Assembly: GCA_035556075.1 (NCBI GenBank)
Contig: DATMFQ010000041.1
Coordinates: 11,429 to 75,428 of the forward strand
Reading direction: 5' to 3'
DNA length: 64,000 nt
Source of the DNA: Microbacteriaceae bacterium
GTDB taxonomy: Bacteria; Actinomycetota; Actinomycetes; Actinomycetales; Microbacteriaceae
Shown: positions 56,345 to 64,000 of the stretch, piece after piece
Layout: each line of letters starts with the position of its first letter
Position numbering within the stretch: position 1 is the first letter of the stretch
Translations under genes and position numbers: made by a program
Notes under the pieces: generated by a model
The model's input: only the letters and a program-made list of their open reading frames with translations
What the model was told of the DNA's origin: nothing
Database searches by the model: none

Positions 56345-58069
56345 TCAGGGCGTCCGGCGGACCGTGATCGGCAGTCGGCGGTCACGTCCAAAGGCCATGC
56401 CCGAGATCTTCGGCCCGATCGCGCCCTGGCGCCGCTTCCACTCGGCGCGGTCGACGAGGTCGGCGACCCGTTCGACGGTGGCCGCGTCAAAGCCCGCGGC
56501 CACGAGGTCCGCGCGACCGAGGCGGTGCCCGACGTAGCCGTCGAGGATCGCGTCGAGGAGCTCATACGGGGGCAGCGAGTCCTGATCGACCTGGTCGGGA
56601 CGCAGTTCCGCCGAGGGCGGTTTCGTGATCGAGGCCTCGGGGATCGGCGGGGTCTGACCGCGCACGGCCGCCGCGGCGTTGCGCCAGCGGGCGAGCGCCC
56701 ACACGAGTGTCTTCGGGACGTCCTTGATCGGGGCGAACCCGCCGACCGAGTCGCCGTAGATCGTCGAGTAGCCGACCGAGAGCTCCGACTTGTTGCCGGT
56801 CGTCAGGACGAGATGGCCGGCCTGGTTCGACTTCGCCATGAGGATGACGCCGCGAGCACGCGCCTGCACGTTCTCCGCCGCGACGCCCTCGAGCCCGAGC
56901 TGCGTTTCGAAGGGCGCGACGAGGTCGGCAATGGGCTCCGTGCTGTAGTGGAGCCCGAGCCGCTCGGCGAGGTCATCGGCGTCGGACCGGGAGTGCTCGG
57001 AGGACCACCGCGACGGCATCGAGACCCCGTAGACGCGGTCCCCGCCGATCGCGTCGACGGCGATCGCTGCGCACACCGCCGAGTCGATGCCGCCGGAGAG
57101 CCCGAGGATGACGGAGCCGAAGCCATTCTTCTCGACGTAGTCCCGCAGCCCGAGCACGAGCGCGCCCCACACCTGCTCGAGGTCGTCGTCATCAGCGACG
57201 AGTGCCGGGTGATCCGCGCCGGTGCAGGCCGCATTCGTGGCCTCATCCTCCGGTGCGGGAGGAATGCGGATCTCGGCCAGCAGCAGGTCCTCACGAAAGC
57301 GCGGCGCGCGCGCGAGCAGACTGCCGTCGACGTCCATGACGAAGGAGTCCCCGTCAAAGACGAGGTCGTCCTGCCCGCCGACCAGGTTGACGTAGGCGAC
57401 GGGCACGGCGAGCTCCGCGGCGCGGCGCGCCGCGAGCGGCAGGCGGAGGTCGTCCTTGTCCCGCTCAAACGGGGAGGCGTTGAGGACGAGCAGCAGGTCG
57501 GCGCCCGCACCGCGGGCATCGGCGACGGGACCGGCATCCAGCCAGAGGTCTTCGCAGATGATGAGCGCGACTCGAGCCCGGGCGGGCTCCGAGGCCGAGT
57601 CCGCGAGCGCGACGTCGAAGGTCGTGAGCTCGTCGCCGGGGATGAAGGTGCGGTACTCGTCGAAGACCCCGTAGTTCGGCAGGTGGTGCTTGACGGCGCG
57701 GTGGATGACGCGGCCGCGATGCAGCACCGAGGCGCAGTTCTGTGCGATGGCGACCGGCGCATTCCTCCCGTCTGGTGATGCCGGATGCGGCCCGTCGGGG
57801 TGACCGACGACGACGACGAGCTCGCCGAGGCCCGCGGCTGCGAGGCGCGCCGCGAGCGTCTCGACCGCCTCGGCGGCCGCCCGGAGAAATGCGGGCTGCG
57901 CGGCGAGATCCTCGATTGGATAGCCGCTCAGCGCCATCTCGCCGGTCGCGACGACCTGGGCGCCCGCGGCGGCGGCGGCCCGTGCCGCCTCGAGCACCTG
58001 GTCGGCGTTGCCGACGAGGTCGCCGACGATCGGATTTGTTTGCGCGAGCGCGAGACGGAGACTCACCAC
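56345..58069 (-). CDS. nadE: Glutamine-dependent NAD+ synthetase
   Basis: Start trimmed from 58480 to GTG GTG giving VVSLRLALAQTNPIVGD (CN-hydrolase domain start). The C-terminal synthetase domain has the PP-loop LGLSGGIDSAV. Confidence 0.9.
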   Translation of the reverse strand: MVSLRLALAQTNPIVGDLVGNADQVLEAARAAAAAGAQVVATGEMALSGYPIEDLAAQPAFLRAAAEAVETLAARLAAAGLGELVVVVGHPDGPHPASPDGRNAPVAIAQNCASVLHRGRVIHRAVKHHLPNYGVFDEYRTFIPGDELTTFDVALADSASEPARARVALIICEDLWLDAGPVADARGAGADLLLVLNASPFERDKDDLRLPLAARRAAELAVPVAYVNLVGGQDDLVFDGDSFVMDVDGSLLARAPRFREDLLLAEIRIPPAPEDEATNAACTGADHPALVADDDDLEQVWGALVLGLRDYVEKNGFGSVILGLSGGIDSAVCAAIAVDAIGGDRVYGVSMPSRWSSEHSRSDADDLAERLGLHYSTEPIADLVAPFETQLGLEGVAAENVQARARGVILMAKSNQAGHLVLTTGNKSELSVGYSTIYGDSVGGFAPIKDVPKTLVWALARWRNAAAAVRGQTPPIPEASITKPPSAELRPDQVDQDSLPPYELLDAILDGYVGHRLGRADLVAAGFDAATVERVADLVDRAEWKRRQGAIGPKISGMAFGRDRRLPITVRRTP

Positions 58070-58096
58070 ACTCGATAGCCTAGGGACGTGAGTTCG

Positions 58097-59437
58097 ATGG
58101 ACAAGCAACGCGACTTCGTGCTCCGCACCATCGAGGAGCGGGGCGTGAAATTCGTCCGGCTGTGGTTCACCGATGTCCTCGGCACGCTTAAGTCGGTCGC
58201 CATCGCGCCCGCGGAGGTCGAGGGGGCCTTCTCCGAGGGGCTCGGCTTCGATGGCTCGGCCATCGAGGGCTTCACCCGGGCCTACGAATCGGACATGCTC
58301 GCCTACCCGGACCCGAACACGTTCCAGATCCTGCCGTGGCGTGGCGAGGTCGACCCGACCGCTCGGATGTTCTGCGACATCATGACGCCGGATGGCCAGC
58401 CGGCCGCGAGCGACCCCCGGCACGTCCTCAAGCGCGCGCTCGAGAAGGCCGCCGACCGGGGATTCAGCTTCTACACGCACCCCGAGATCGAGTTCTATCT
58501 GTTGAAGTCCTCAGCGCCGGGACCTGATGGTCGCCCGATCCCGGTCGACTCCGCCGGGTTCTTCGACAGTGTCCCCGGCGGCACCGCGCATGACTTCCGC
58601 CGCAGCTCCGTGCGGATGCTGGAGGACATCGGCATCTCCGTCGAGTTCTCCCACCACGAATCCGGGCCCGGGCAGAACGAGATCGACCTGCGCTACGCCG
58701 ATGCCCTGACGATGTCGGACAACATCATGACCTTCCGCACCGTCGTGAAGGAGGTCGCGATCGAGCAGGGTGTGTACGCGAGCTTCATGCCGAAACCATT
58801 CAACGACGAGCCCGGCAGCGGCATGCACACGCACATGAGCCTCTTCGAGGGCGACACGAACGCCTTCTTCGACCCGAGCGGTCACTACCAGCTCTCGGCG
58901 ATCGGTCGCCAGTTCATCGCCGGGCTGCTGCGGCACGCACCCGAGATCACCGCGGTGACGAACCAGTACGTCAACTCGTACAAGCGCCTGTGGGGCGGCG
59001 ACGAGGCACCGGGGTACATCACCTGGGGACACAACAACCGCTCCGCACTCGTCCGCGTCCCGCTATACAAGCCCGGCAAGGGCCAGTCGGCGCGCGTCGA
59101 GTACCGCGCGATCGACTCCGCGGCGAACCCGTATCTCGCCTACGCGCTGCTGCTCGCGGCCGGGCTCAAGGGCATCGAGGAGGGCTACGAGCTGCCGCCG
59201 GAGGCGGAGGTCAACCCGTGGGACCTCACCGAGCTCGAGCGTCGCGCGCTCGGGTACCAGCAGCTGCCGGTGAGCCTCGACCAAGCGCTCCAATTCATGG
59301 AGGAATCCGAGCTCGTCGCCGAGACGCTCGGCGAGCAGGTCTTCAACTACGTGCTCCTCAACAAGCAGCAGGAATGGGCGGACTACCGCAGCCAGGTCTC
59401 GGCCTTCGAGATCGAACGGAACCTCTCCACCCTGTAG
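58097..59437 (+). CDS. glnA: Glutamine synthetase, GlnA2-like (446 aa)
   Basis: MDKQRDFVLRTIEERGVKFVRLWFTDVLG matches the GlnA2-type N-terminus. An in-frame GTG at 58088 is the alternative start. Confidence 0.92.
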   Translation: MDKQRDFVLRTIEERGVKFVRLWFTDVLGTLKSVAIAPAEVEGAFSEGLGFDGSAIEGFTRAYESDMLAYPDPNTFQILPWRGEVDPTARMFCDIMTPDGQPAASDPRHVLKRALEKAADRGFSFYTHPEIEFYLLKSSAPGPDGRPIPVDSAGFFDSVPGGTAHDFRRSSVRMLEDIGISVEFSHHESGPGQNEIDLRYADALTMSDNIMTFRTVVKEVAIEQGVYASFMPKPFNDEPGSGMHTHMSLFEGDTNAFFDPSGHYQLSAIGRQFIAGLLRHAPEITAVTNQYVNSYKRLWGGDEAPGYITWGHNNRSALVRVPLYKPGKGQSARVEYRAIDSAANPYLAYALLLAAGLKGIEEGYELPPEAEVNPWDLTELERRALGYQQLPVSLDQALQFMEESELVAETLGEQVFNYVLLNKQQEWADYRSQVSAFEIERNLSTL

Positions 59438-59457
59438 AACTGCCGCGCGGAGCCGAA

Positions 59458-62454
59458 TTGACCCAGTCGAGGACCGATTCCGGGCGCCCGGGATCACTCC
59501 GCGAACTCGCGCGCCTCGGCTTCGCGGGGCTGACAAGCGCGGCGGCCGGGATCCAGGCGCTCGGCGTGTCCGGCATCCTGCCGGCATTCGCACATGCGGC
59601 TGACCCGGACCAGGCGCTGGCGCTGCTGCAGCGACTGCTGGAGCGTGCACCCGAGCCGACGCGCCGACTGCTCGCGGAGGACGACACTGCCCAGCGGCTC
59701 ATCCGGGTACTTGGGGCCTCGAGCGGGCTTGGCGACTTCCTGCTCCGACGTCCCGAGGAGATCCTGCCGTCCCTCGGGGCGGCATCCGTGCCGCGTGACG
59801 CGGCCACCTACCGCGCCTCGCTCGTCGAGGCGGTGCAGGGGCTCACCGGTGAGGCGGCGTGGGTGGCGCTGCGAGTGCGCTACCGCCGCGAGCTGACCCG
59901 GCTGGCGGCCTGGGACCTCGCCCAACCCTCCGGCACCGCCGCGCTCGCCGAGGTCGCGGCCGCGCTCGCCGACCTCGCGGGGGCCGCGCTCGACGCGGCG
60001 CTCGACGTCGCCCGGCGCGAGGTGTCTTACCCCGCCGAGGAGGTCGACTGGGTGCAGCTTGCCATTATCGGCATGGGGAAGACGGGCGGCCACGAGCTCA
60101 ACTACCTCTCCGACGTTGATGTCATCTTCGTCGGCGGGCTCCGGGAGCCGGCCGGGGCCGCGGAAGCCGCCGAGTCGGTGGACGCGGCCGATGCCGATGC
60201 CCCGCCGATCACCGAGCACCGCGCCGTCGAGATCGCGACCCGACTCGCGATGCTGACGATGCGCGGGATCAGCGAGCTCGCGGTCGAGCCGGGGCTGTGG
60301 GAGGTCGATGCGAACCTCCGGCCCGAGGGCAAGGACGGTGCCCTCGTACGCACCCTCGAATCGCACCTCGTGTATTACGAGCGCTGGGCGCATTCCTGGG
60401 AGTTTCAAGCACTGCTCAAAGCCAGGGCGATCGCGGGCGATCTCGAGCTGGGGCGGCGCTACGAGGCAGCGGTGGCGCCGCTCGTGTGGGCGAGCGCGCA
60501 GCGTGACGGCTTCGTCGAGTCAGTGCAGCGCATGCGGGAGCGGGTCACGCACCACATCCCCGCGGAGCAGGTCGACGTGCAGCTCAAGCTCGGCCCGGGG
60601 GGTTTGCGGGACATCGAGTTCACGGCCCAGCTGCTGCAGCTCGTCCACGGGCTCGCGGATGCGCGGGTGCGGGTCCGCGGGACGCTGCCCGCGCTCGAGG
60701 CGCTCGCCGAGCAGGGCTATGTCGGTCGGACGGAGGCCGCGGACTTCGCGGAGGAGTACCGCTTCCTTCGGCTGCTCGAGCATCGGCTCCAGCTCCGACA
60801 GCTGCGTCGCACCCACCTCATGCCGCGCGATGTGGACGAGCTGCGGGTGCTCGCGCGGGCGACGGGCCTCGCGAGCACCGCAGAGGAGCTCCGCGAGCGA
60901 TGGCAGGGCGTCAAAGCCCGCGTCCGGAGCCTCCACGAGCGGCTCTTCTTCCGCCCGCTGCTCGGCGCCGTCGCAGCGCTCCCGGACGGCGCGGACGACT
61001 TCCGGCTCACGAGCGAGCAGGCCATCGCCCGGCTCGCCGCGATCGGCTTCCGCGACCCGCGGGGTGCCCTCGCCCACATCGCCGCACTGACCGACGGGGT
61101 CTCGCGCCGCGCCCGGATCCAGCGCAACCTGCTGCCGGTCATGATCCAGTGGTTCTCCCAGGGAGCCGACCCCGACATGGGGCTGCTCACGTTCCGCCGG
61201 ATCTCCGAGTCGATCGGGGACCAGCACTGGTATGGACGAATGCTGCGGGACTCGGCCGGCGTCGCGCAGCGCCTCACCGAGGTGCTCAGCGGGTCGCGCT
61301 ATGTCGCCCAGCTGTTCGAGCGGATCCCCGAGGCCGCCGCATGGCTTGAAGACGATGACGACCTCCGCCCGCGACCGCTGACGACCCTGCTCGAGGAGCA
61401 GGAGGCGATCACACAGCGGTACGCGGGTGATCCCGAGGCGGCGATGCGAGCACTGCTCCACGCGCGGCGTCGCGAGATGCTCCGGCTCGCCATGTCGGCG
61501 ATGCTCGGCGTGCTGACGATCGATGAGCTCGGACCGGGCATCTCCGATGTCGCGACGACCCTGCTCGCCGGGGCGCTGCGGGTCGCGCACGGGCCCGGTG
61601 ACGGCATCGAGATCGGGATCATCGCCATGGGTCGCTTCGGCGGCGCCGAACTCGGCTTCTCCTCGGACGCGGATGTCATGTACGTGTACCGGGATGCGGG
61701 GGCGGGTGACGAAGGCGCCGCGACGGCCGCGAGCATTGTCCACGCGATCGCGCGGCTGACCGAGGACATCGTCGTGCCGTTCGACATCGATCTCGCCCTG
61801 CGGCCGGAGGGCCGCAACGGCGCGGTCGTCCGCTCCCTCGAGTCCTACCGCGCGTACTACGAGCGGTGGTCACTGACCTGGGAAGCACAGGCACTGTTGC
61901 GTGCCCGGGTCCTCGTCGGCGATCCGGGGCTGCTCGCGGACTTCGATGAGCTCATCGGGGCGGTGCGGTACCACGCGGACATGGATACGCAGCAGATCCG
62001 CGAGGTGAAGCGGATCAAGGCCCGCGTCGAGGCGGAGCGGCTGCCGCAGGGCGCCGACCCGGCGCGGCACCTCAAGCTCGGGCGGGGCTCGCTCTCCGAC
62101 GTCGAGTGGCTCGTCCAGCTCCTCCAACTCCAGCACGCGCGGGAGGTGCCCGAGCTGCGGACGACCTCGACCCTCGGCGCGCTCGCCGCCGCGGTGTCGG
62201 CCGGTTTCATCGACGAGCCCGATGCCGCGCTGCTCAGGGAGGCCTGGCTGCTCGCCTCCAATGTCCGCTCGGCGGTCACCTTGTGGAGCGCGAAGGCGGG
62301 GGACCTGCTTCCGACGGATCGGGTCGCGCTCGAGGGTATCGCGCGGCTCATGGGCTACCCGCCGGGTTCGGCGACGGCCCTCGAGGAGGACTACCTCCGG
62401 GTGACCCGTCGCGCTCGGCGCGTGTTCGAGCGCCGCTTCTTCGATACCCACTGA
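59458..62454 (+). CDS. glnE: Bifunctional glutamine synthetase adenylyltransferase/adenylyl-removing enzyme
   Basis: About 998 aa with two tandem nucleotidyltransferase halves (GMGKTGGHELNYLSDVDVIFV and AMGRFGGAELGFSSDADVMYV). A TTG start was chosen 20 nt after the glnA2 stop; the track ORF from 58990 overlaps glnA2 out of frame. Confidence 0.9.
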   Translation: MTQSRTDSGRPGSLRELARLGFAGLTSAAAGIQALGVSGILPAFAHAADPDQALALLQRLLERAPEPTRRLLAEDDTAQRLIRVLGASSGLGDFLLRRPEEILPSLGAASVPRDAATYRASLVEAVQGLTGEAAWVALRVRYRRELTRLAAWDLAQPSGTAALAEVAAALADLAGAALDAALDVARREVSYPAEEVDWVQLAIIGMGKTGGHELNYLSDVDVIFVGGLREPAGAAEAAESVDAADADAPPITEHRAVEIATRLAMLTMRGISELAVEPGLWEVDANLRPEGKDGALVRTLESHLVYYERWAHSWEFQALLKARAIAGDLELGRRYEAAVAPLVWASAQRDGFVESVQRMRERVTHHIPAEQVDVQLKLGPGGLRDIEFTAQLLQLVHGLADARVRVRGTLPALEALAEQGYVGRTEAADFAEEYRFLRLLEHRLQLRQLRRTHLMPRDVDELRVLARATGLASTAEELRERWQGVKARVRSLHERLFFRPLLGAVAALPDGADDFRLTSEQAIARLAAIGFRDPRGALAHIAALTDGVSRRARIQRNLLPVMIQWFSQGADPDMGLLTFRRISESIGDQHWYGRMLRDSAGVAQRLTEVLSGSRYVAQLFERIPEAAAWLEDDDDLRPRPLTTLLEEQEAITQRYAGDPEAAMRALLHARRREMLRLAMSAMLGVLTIDELGPGISDVATTLLAGALRVAHGPGDGIEIGIIAMGRFGGAELGFSSDADVMYVYRDAGAGDEGAATAASIVHAIARLTEDIVVPFDIDLALRPEGRNGAVVRSLESYRAYYERWSLTWEAQALLRARVLVGDPGLLADFDELIGAVRYHADMDTQQIREVKRIKARVEAERLPQGADPARHLKLGRGSLSDVEWLVQLLQLQHAREVPELRTTSTLGALAAAVSAGFIDEPDAALLREAWLLASNVRSAVTLWSAKAGDLLPTDRVALEGIARLMGYPPGSATALEEDYLRVTRRARRVFERRFFDTH

Positions 62455-62533
62455 GCCACCGCATTCGTCCCTGTCCGCACGTGCTTGCCGTGTTTCGCCG
62501 GGTGTCAGTGGTGCTCGATACGATCGAGGTCCC

Positions 62534-64000
62534 ATGTCGCTCGCCACCGGTCTCAGCCCCGCCTACCCGGAGCGAGCACCCTGGGGCACGGCGGGGGCGC
62601 TGCGCGCCTGGCAGGAGGAGGCGCTCGCTGCGTACTTCGAGCGCGAGCCGCGTGATTTCCTCGCCGCGGCGACCCCGGGTGCCGGCAAGACGACGTTTGC
62701 TCTCCGCCTCGCGGCGACCCTGCTGCAGCGCCACAGCATCGAGCGCGTGACCGTCGTCGCGCCGACTGAGCACCTCAAGTTGCAGTGGGCCGACGCGGCG
62801 GCCCGCGCCTCGCTCCACCTCGACCCCCGCTACCGCAACGGTGACGCCTGGGGCCGCCGTCGCCGCGATCACGGGATGGTCGTCACCTACGCGCAGGTCG
62901 CCGCCGACCCCGCACTCCACGCGCGGATCACCGCGTCGGCTCGCACTCTCGTCATCCTTGACGAGGTGCACCACGGCGGCGACAGCCGGTCCTGGGGGGA
63001 CGGCATTCGCGACGCCTTCGGCGGGGCGGAGCGGCGACTCTCGCTGACCGGCACCCCATTTCGCAGCGACGACTCGCCCATCCCATTCGTCGAGTATGCG
63101 CGCGACGCGCAGGGCGGGCTCACGAGCCTGACCGACTATCGCTACGGCTATGGTCGGGCGCTGCGTGATGGGGTCGTCCGCCCCGTGGTGTTCCTCGCGT
63201 ATCAGGGAGGAATGCGGTGGCGCACCCGCACCGGCGAGGAGGTCGAGGCGCGGCTCGGCCAGCCCGACACGAAAGACGTCATCTCCCAGGCGTGGCGCAC
63301 GGCGCTCGACCCCGGCGGGGAGTGGATCTCCGCGGTGCTGCGCTCAGCGCATCAGCGGCTCGAGCACGTCCGTCACGCGGTGCCGGATGCCGGTGGCCTC
63401 GTCATCGCGACCGATCAGCGCGCGGCGCGCGCCTACGCCGAGCTGTTGCAGGAGATCACGGGGGAGCCGCCCGTCGTCGTGCTGTCCGACGATGTCGGGG
63501 CCTCGGACCGCATCGACGCCTTCGCGCGCGGGGAGCAGCGCTGGCTCGTCGCGGTGCGGATGGTCTCGGAGGGGGTCGATGTGCCGCGGCTGTCGGTCGG
63601 CGTGTATGCGACGAGCGCGGCGACGCCGCTGTATTTCGCGCAGGCTATTGGCCGGTTCGTGCGGGCGCGGCGCCGCGGCGAGACGGCATCGGTCTTCCTG
63701 CCATCGGTGCCGCAGCTGCTCGCGCTCGCTGCCGAGCTCGAGCGCGAGCGCGATCACGCGATCGGCGCGCCGGGTGATGACGGACTGCTCGATGACGGCC
63801 TCCTCGAGTCGGCGGAGCGGGAAGAGCAGGCATCGGATGCGCTTCTCGAGGAGTTCGAGTGGCAGGCGCTCGAGTCGAGCGCGGAGTTCGCGCACGCCCT
63901 CTACGACGGCGATGAGTATGGCTTCGCCGCATTCACTGGGGGCGAGGACGAGCTCGACTTCCTGTCGATTCCGAGCGTGCTCTCGCCGGACGAGCTCCGT
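62534..64000 (+). CDS. Superfamily-2 DEAD/DEAH-box helicase (3' end runs off the window)
   Basis: Not in the ORF track because it has no stop in the window. My translation from ATG 62534 gives MSLATGLSPAYPERAPWG...AATPGAGKTTFAL (motif I), LVILDEVHHGG (motif II), LSLTGTPFRSD (motif III) and RMVSEGVDVPRL (motif VI region). Confidence 0.8.
   Translation, partial: MSLATGLSPAYPERAPWGTAGALRAWQEEALAAYFEREPRDFLAAATPGAGKTTFALRLAATLLQRHSIERVTVVAPTEHLKLQWADAAARASLHLDPRYRNGDAWGRRRRDHGMVVTYAQVAADPALHARITASARTLVILDEVHHGGDSRSWGDGIRDAFGGAERRLSLTGTPFRSDDSPIPFVEYARDAQGGLTSLTDYRYGYGRALRDGVVRPVVFLAYQGGMRWRTRTGEEVEARLGQPDTKDVISQAWRTALDPGGEWISAVLRSAHQRLEHVRHAVPDAGGLVIATDQRAARAYAELLQEITGEPPVVVLSDDVGASDRIDAFARGEQRWLVAVRMVSEGVDVPRLSVGVYATSAATPLYFAQAIGRFVRARRRGETASVFLPSVPQLLALAAELERERDHAIGAPGDDGLLDDGLLESAEREEQASDALLEEFEWQALESSAEFAHALYDGDEYGFAAFTGGEDELDFLSIPSVLSPDELR

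Overview
This is a high-GC (roughly 70%) actinobacterial chromosome segment. It is almost entirely core genome, and its gene order resembles the mycobacterial/Micrococcales dcw neighbourhood.

Gene content, in order:
- a partial ParA-like ATPase, pyruvate carboxylase, and a MinD/ParA-like ATPase followed by def
- fadD and plsC, then a class II DAHP synthase
- a LysM secreted protein and a PASTA Ser/Thr kinase in one operon, divergent from an Rv2175c-like regulator
- a polyprenyl synthase and a DUF3040 protein
- a dcw cell-wall/division cluster: mraZ rsmH ftsL ftsI murF mraY murD ftsW murG murC ftsQ ftsZ yggS sepF yggT divIVA
- lspA rluD dnaE hisD nrdR pyrD
- tRNA-Asn, a four-gene family-5 (peptide/nickel type) ABC importer, a second def, a membrane protein, and a tRNA with a CAT anticodon
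- apt, a membrane-anchored lipase, and an EamA transporter
- Nif3, a COG1579 protein, RNase HI and RNase P RNA
- ppgK, map, a small conserved protein, a DUF4190 protein, panB, nadE, glnA2-glnE, and a partial SF2 helicase

I see no mobile elements, CRISPR arrays, defence genes or compositional islands. I found no convincing evidence for a wholly new multi-gene system here.

The observations most worth a second look:
- The LysM / PASTA-kinase / Rv2175c-like module.
- murE and pgeF (yfiH) are missing from their canonical slots in the dcw cluster.
- A zinc-ribbon protein has three of its four Cys ligands replaced by Ser.
- A structured inverted repeat lies between rnhA and rnpB.
- Only 27 bp separate the divergent nadE and glnA2 starts.
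- A lipase is fused to a DUF308-like membrane domain.

Many long ORFs in the track are antisense or out-of-frame shadows typical of high-GC DNA, and I discarded them. Several gene starts were trimmed from the track's longest-ORF coordinates using N-terminal conservation, Shine-Dalgarno sequences and stop/start overlaps.
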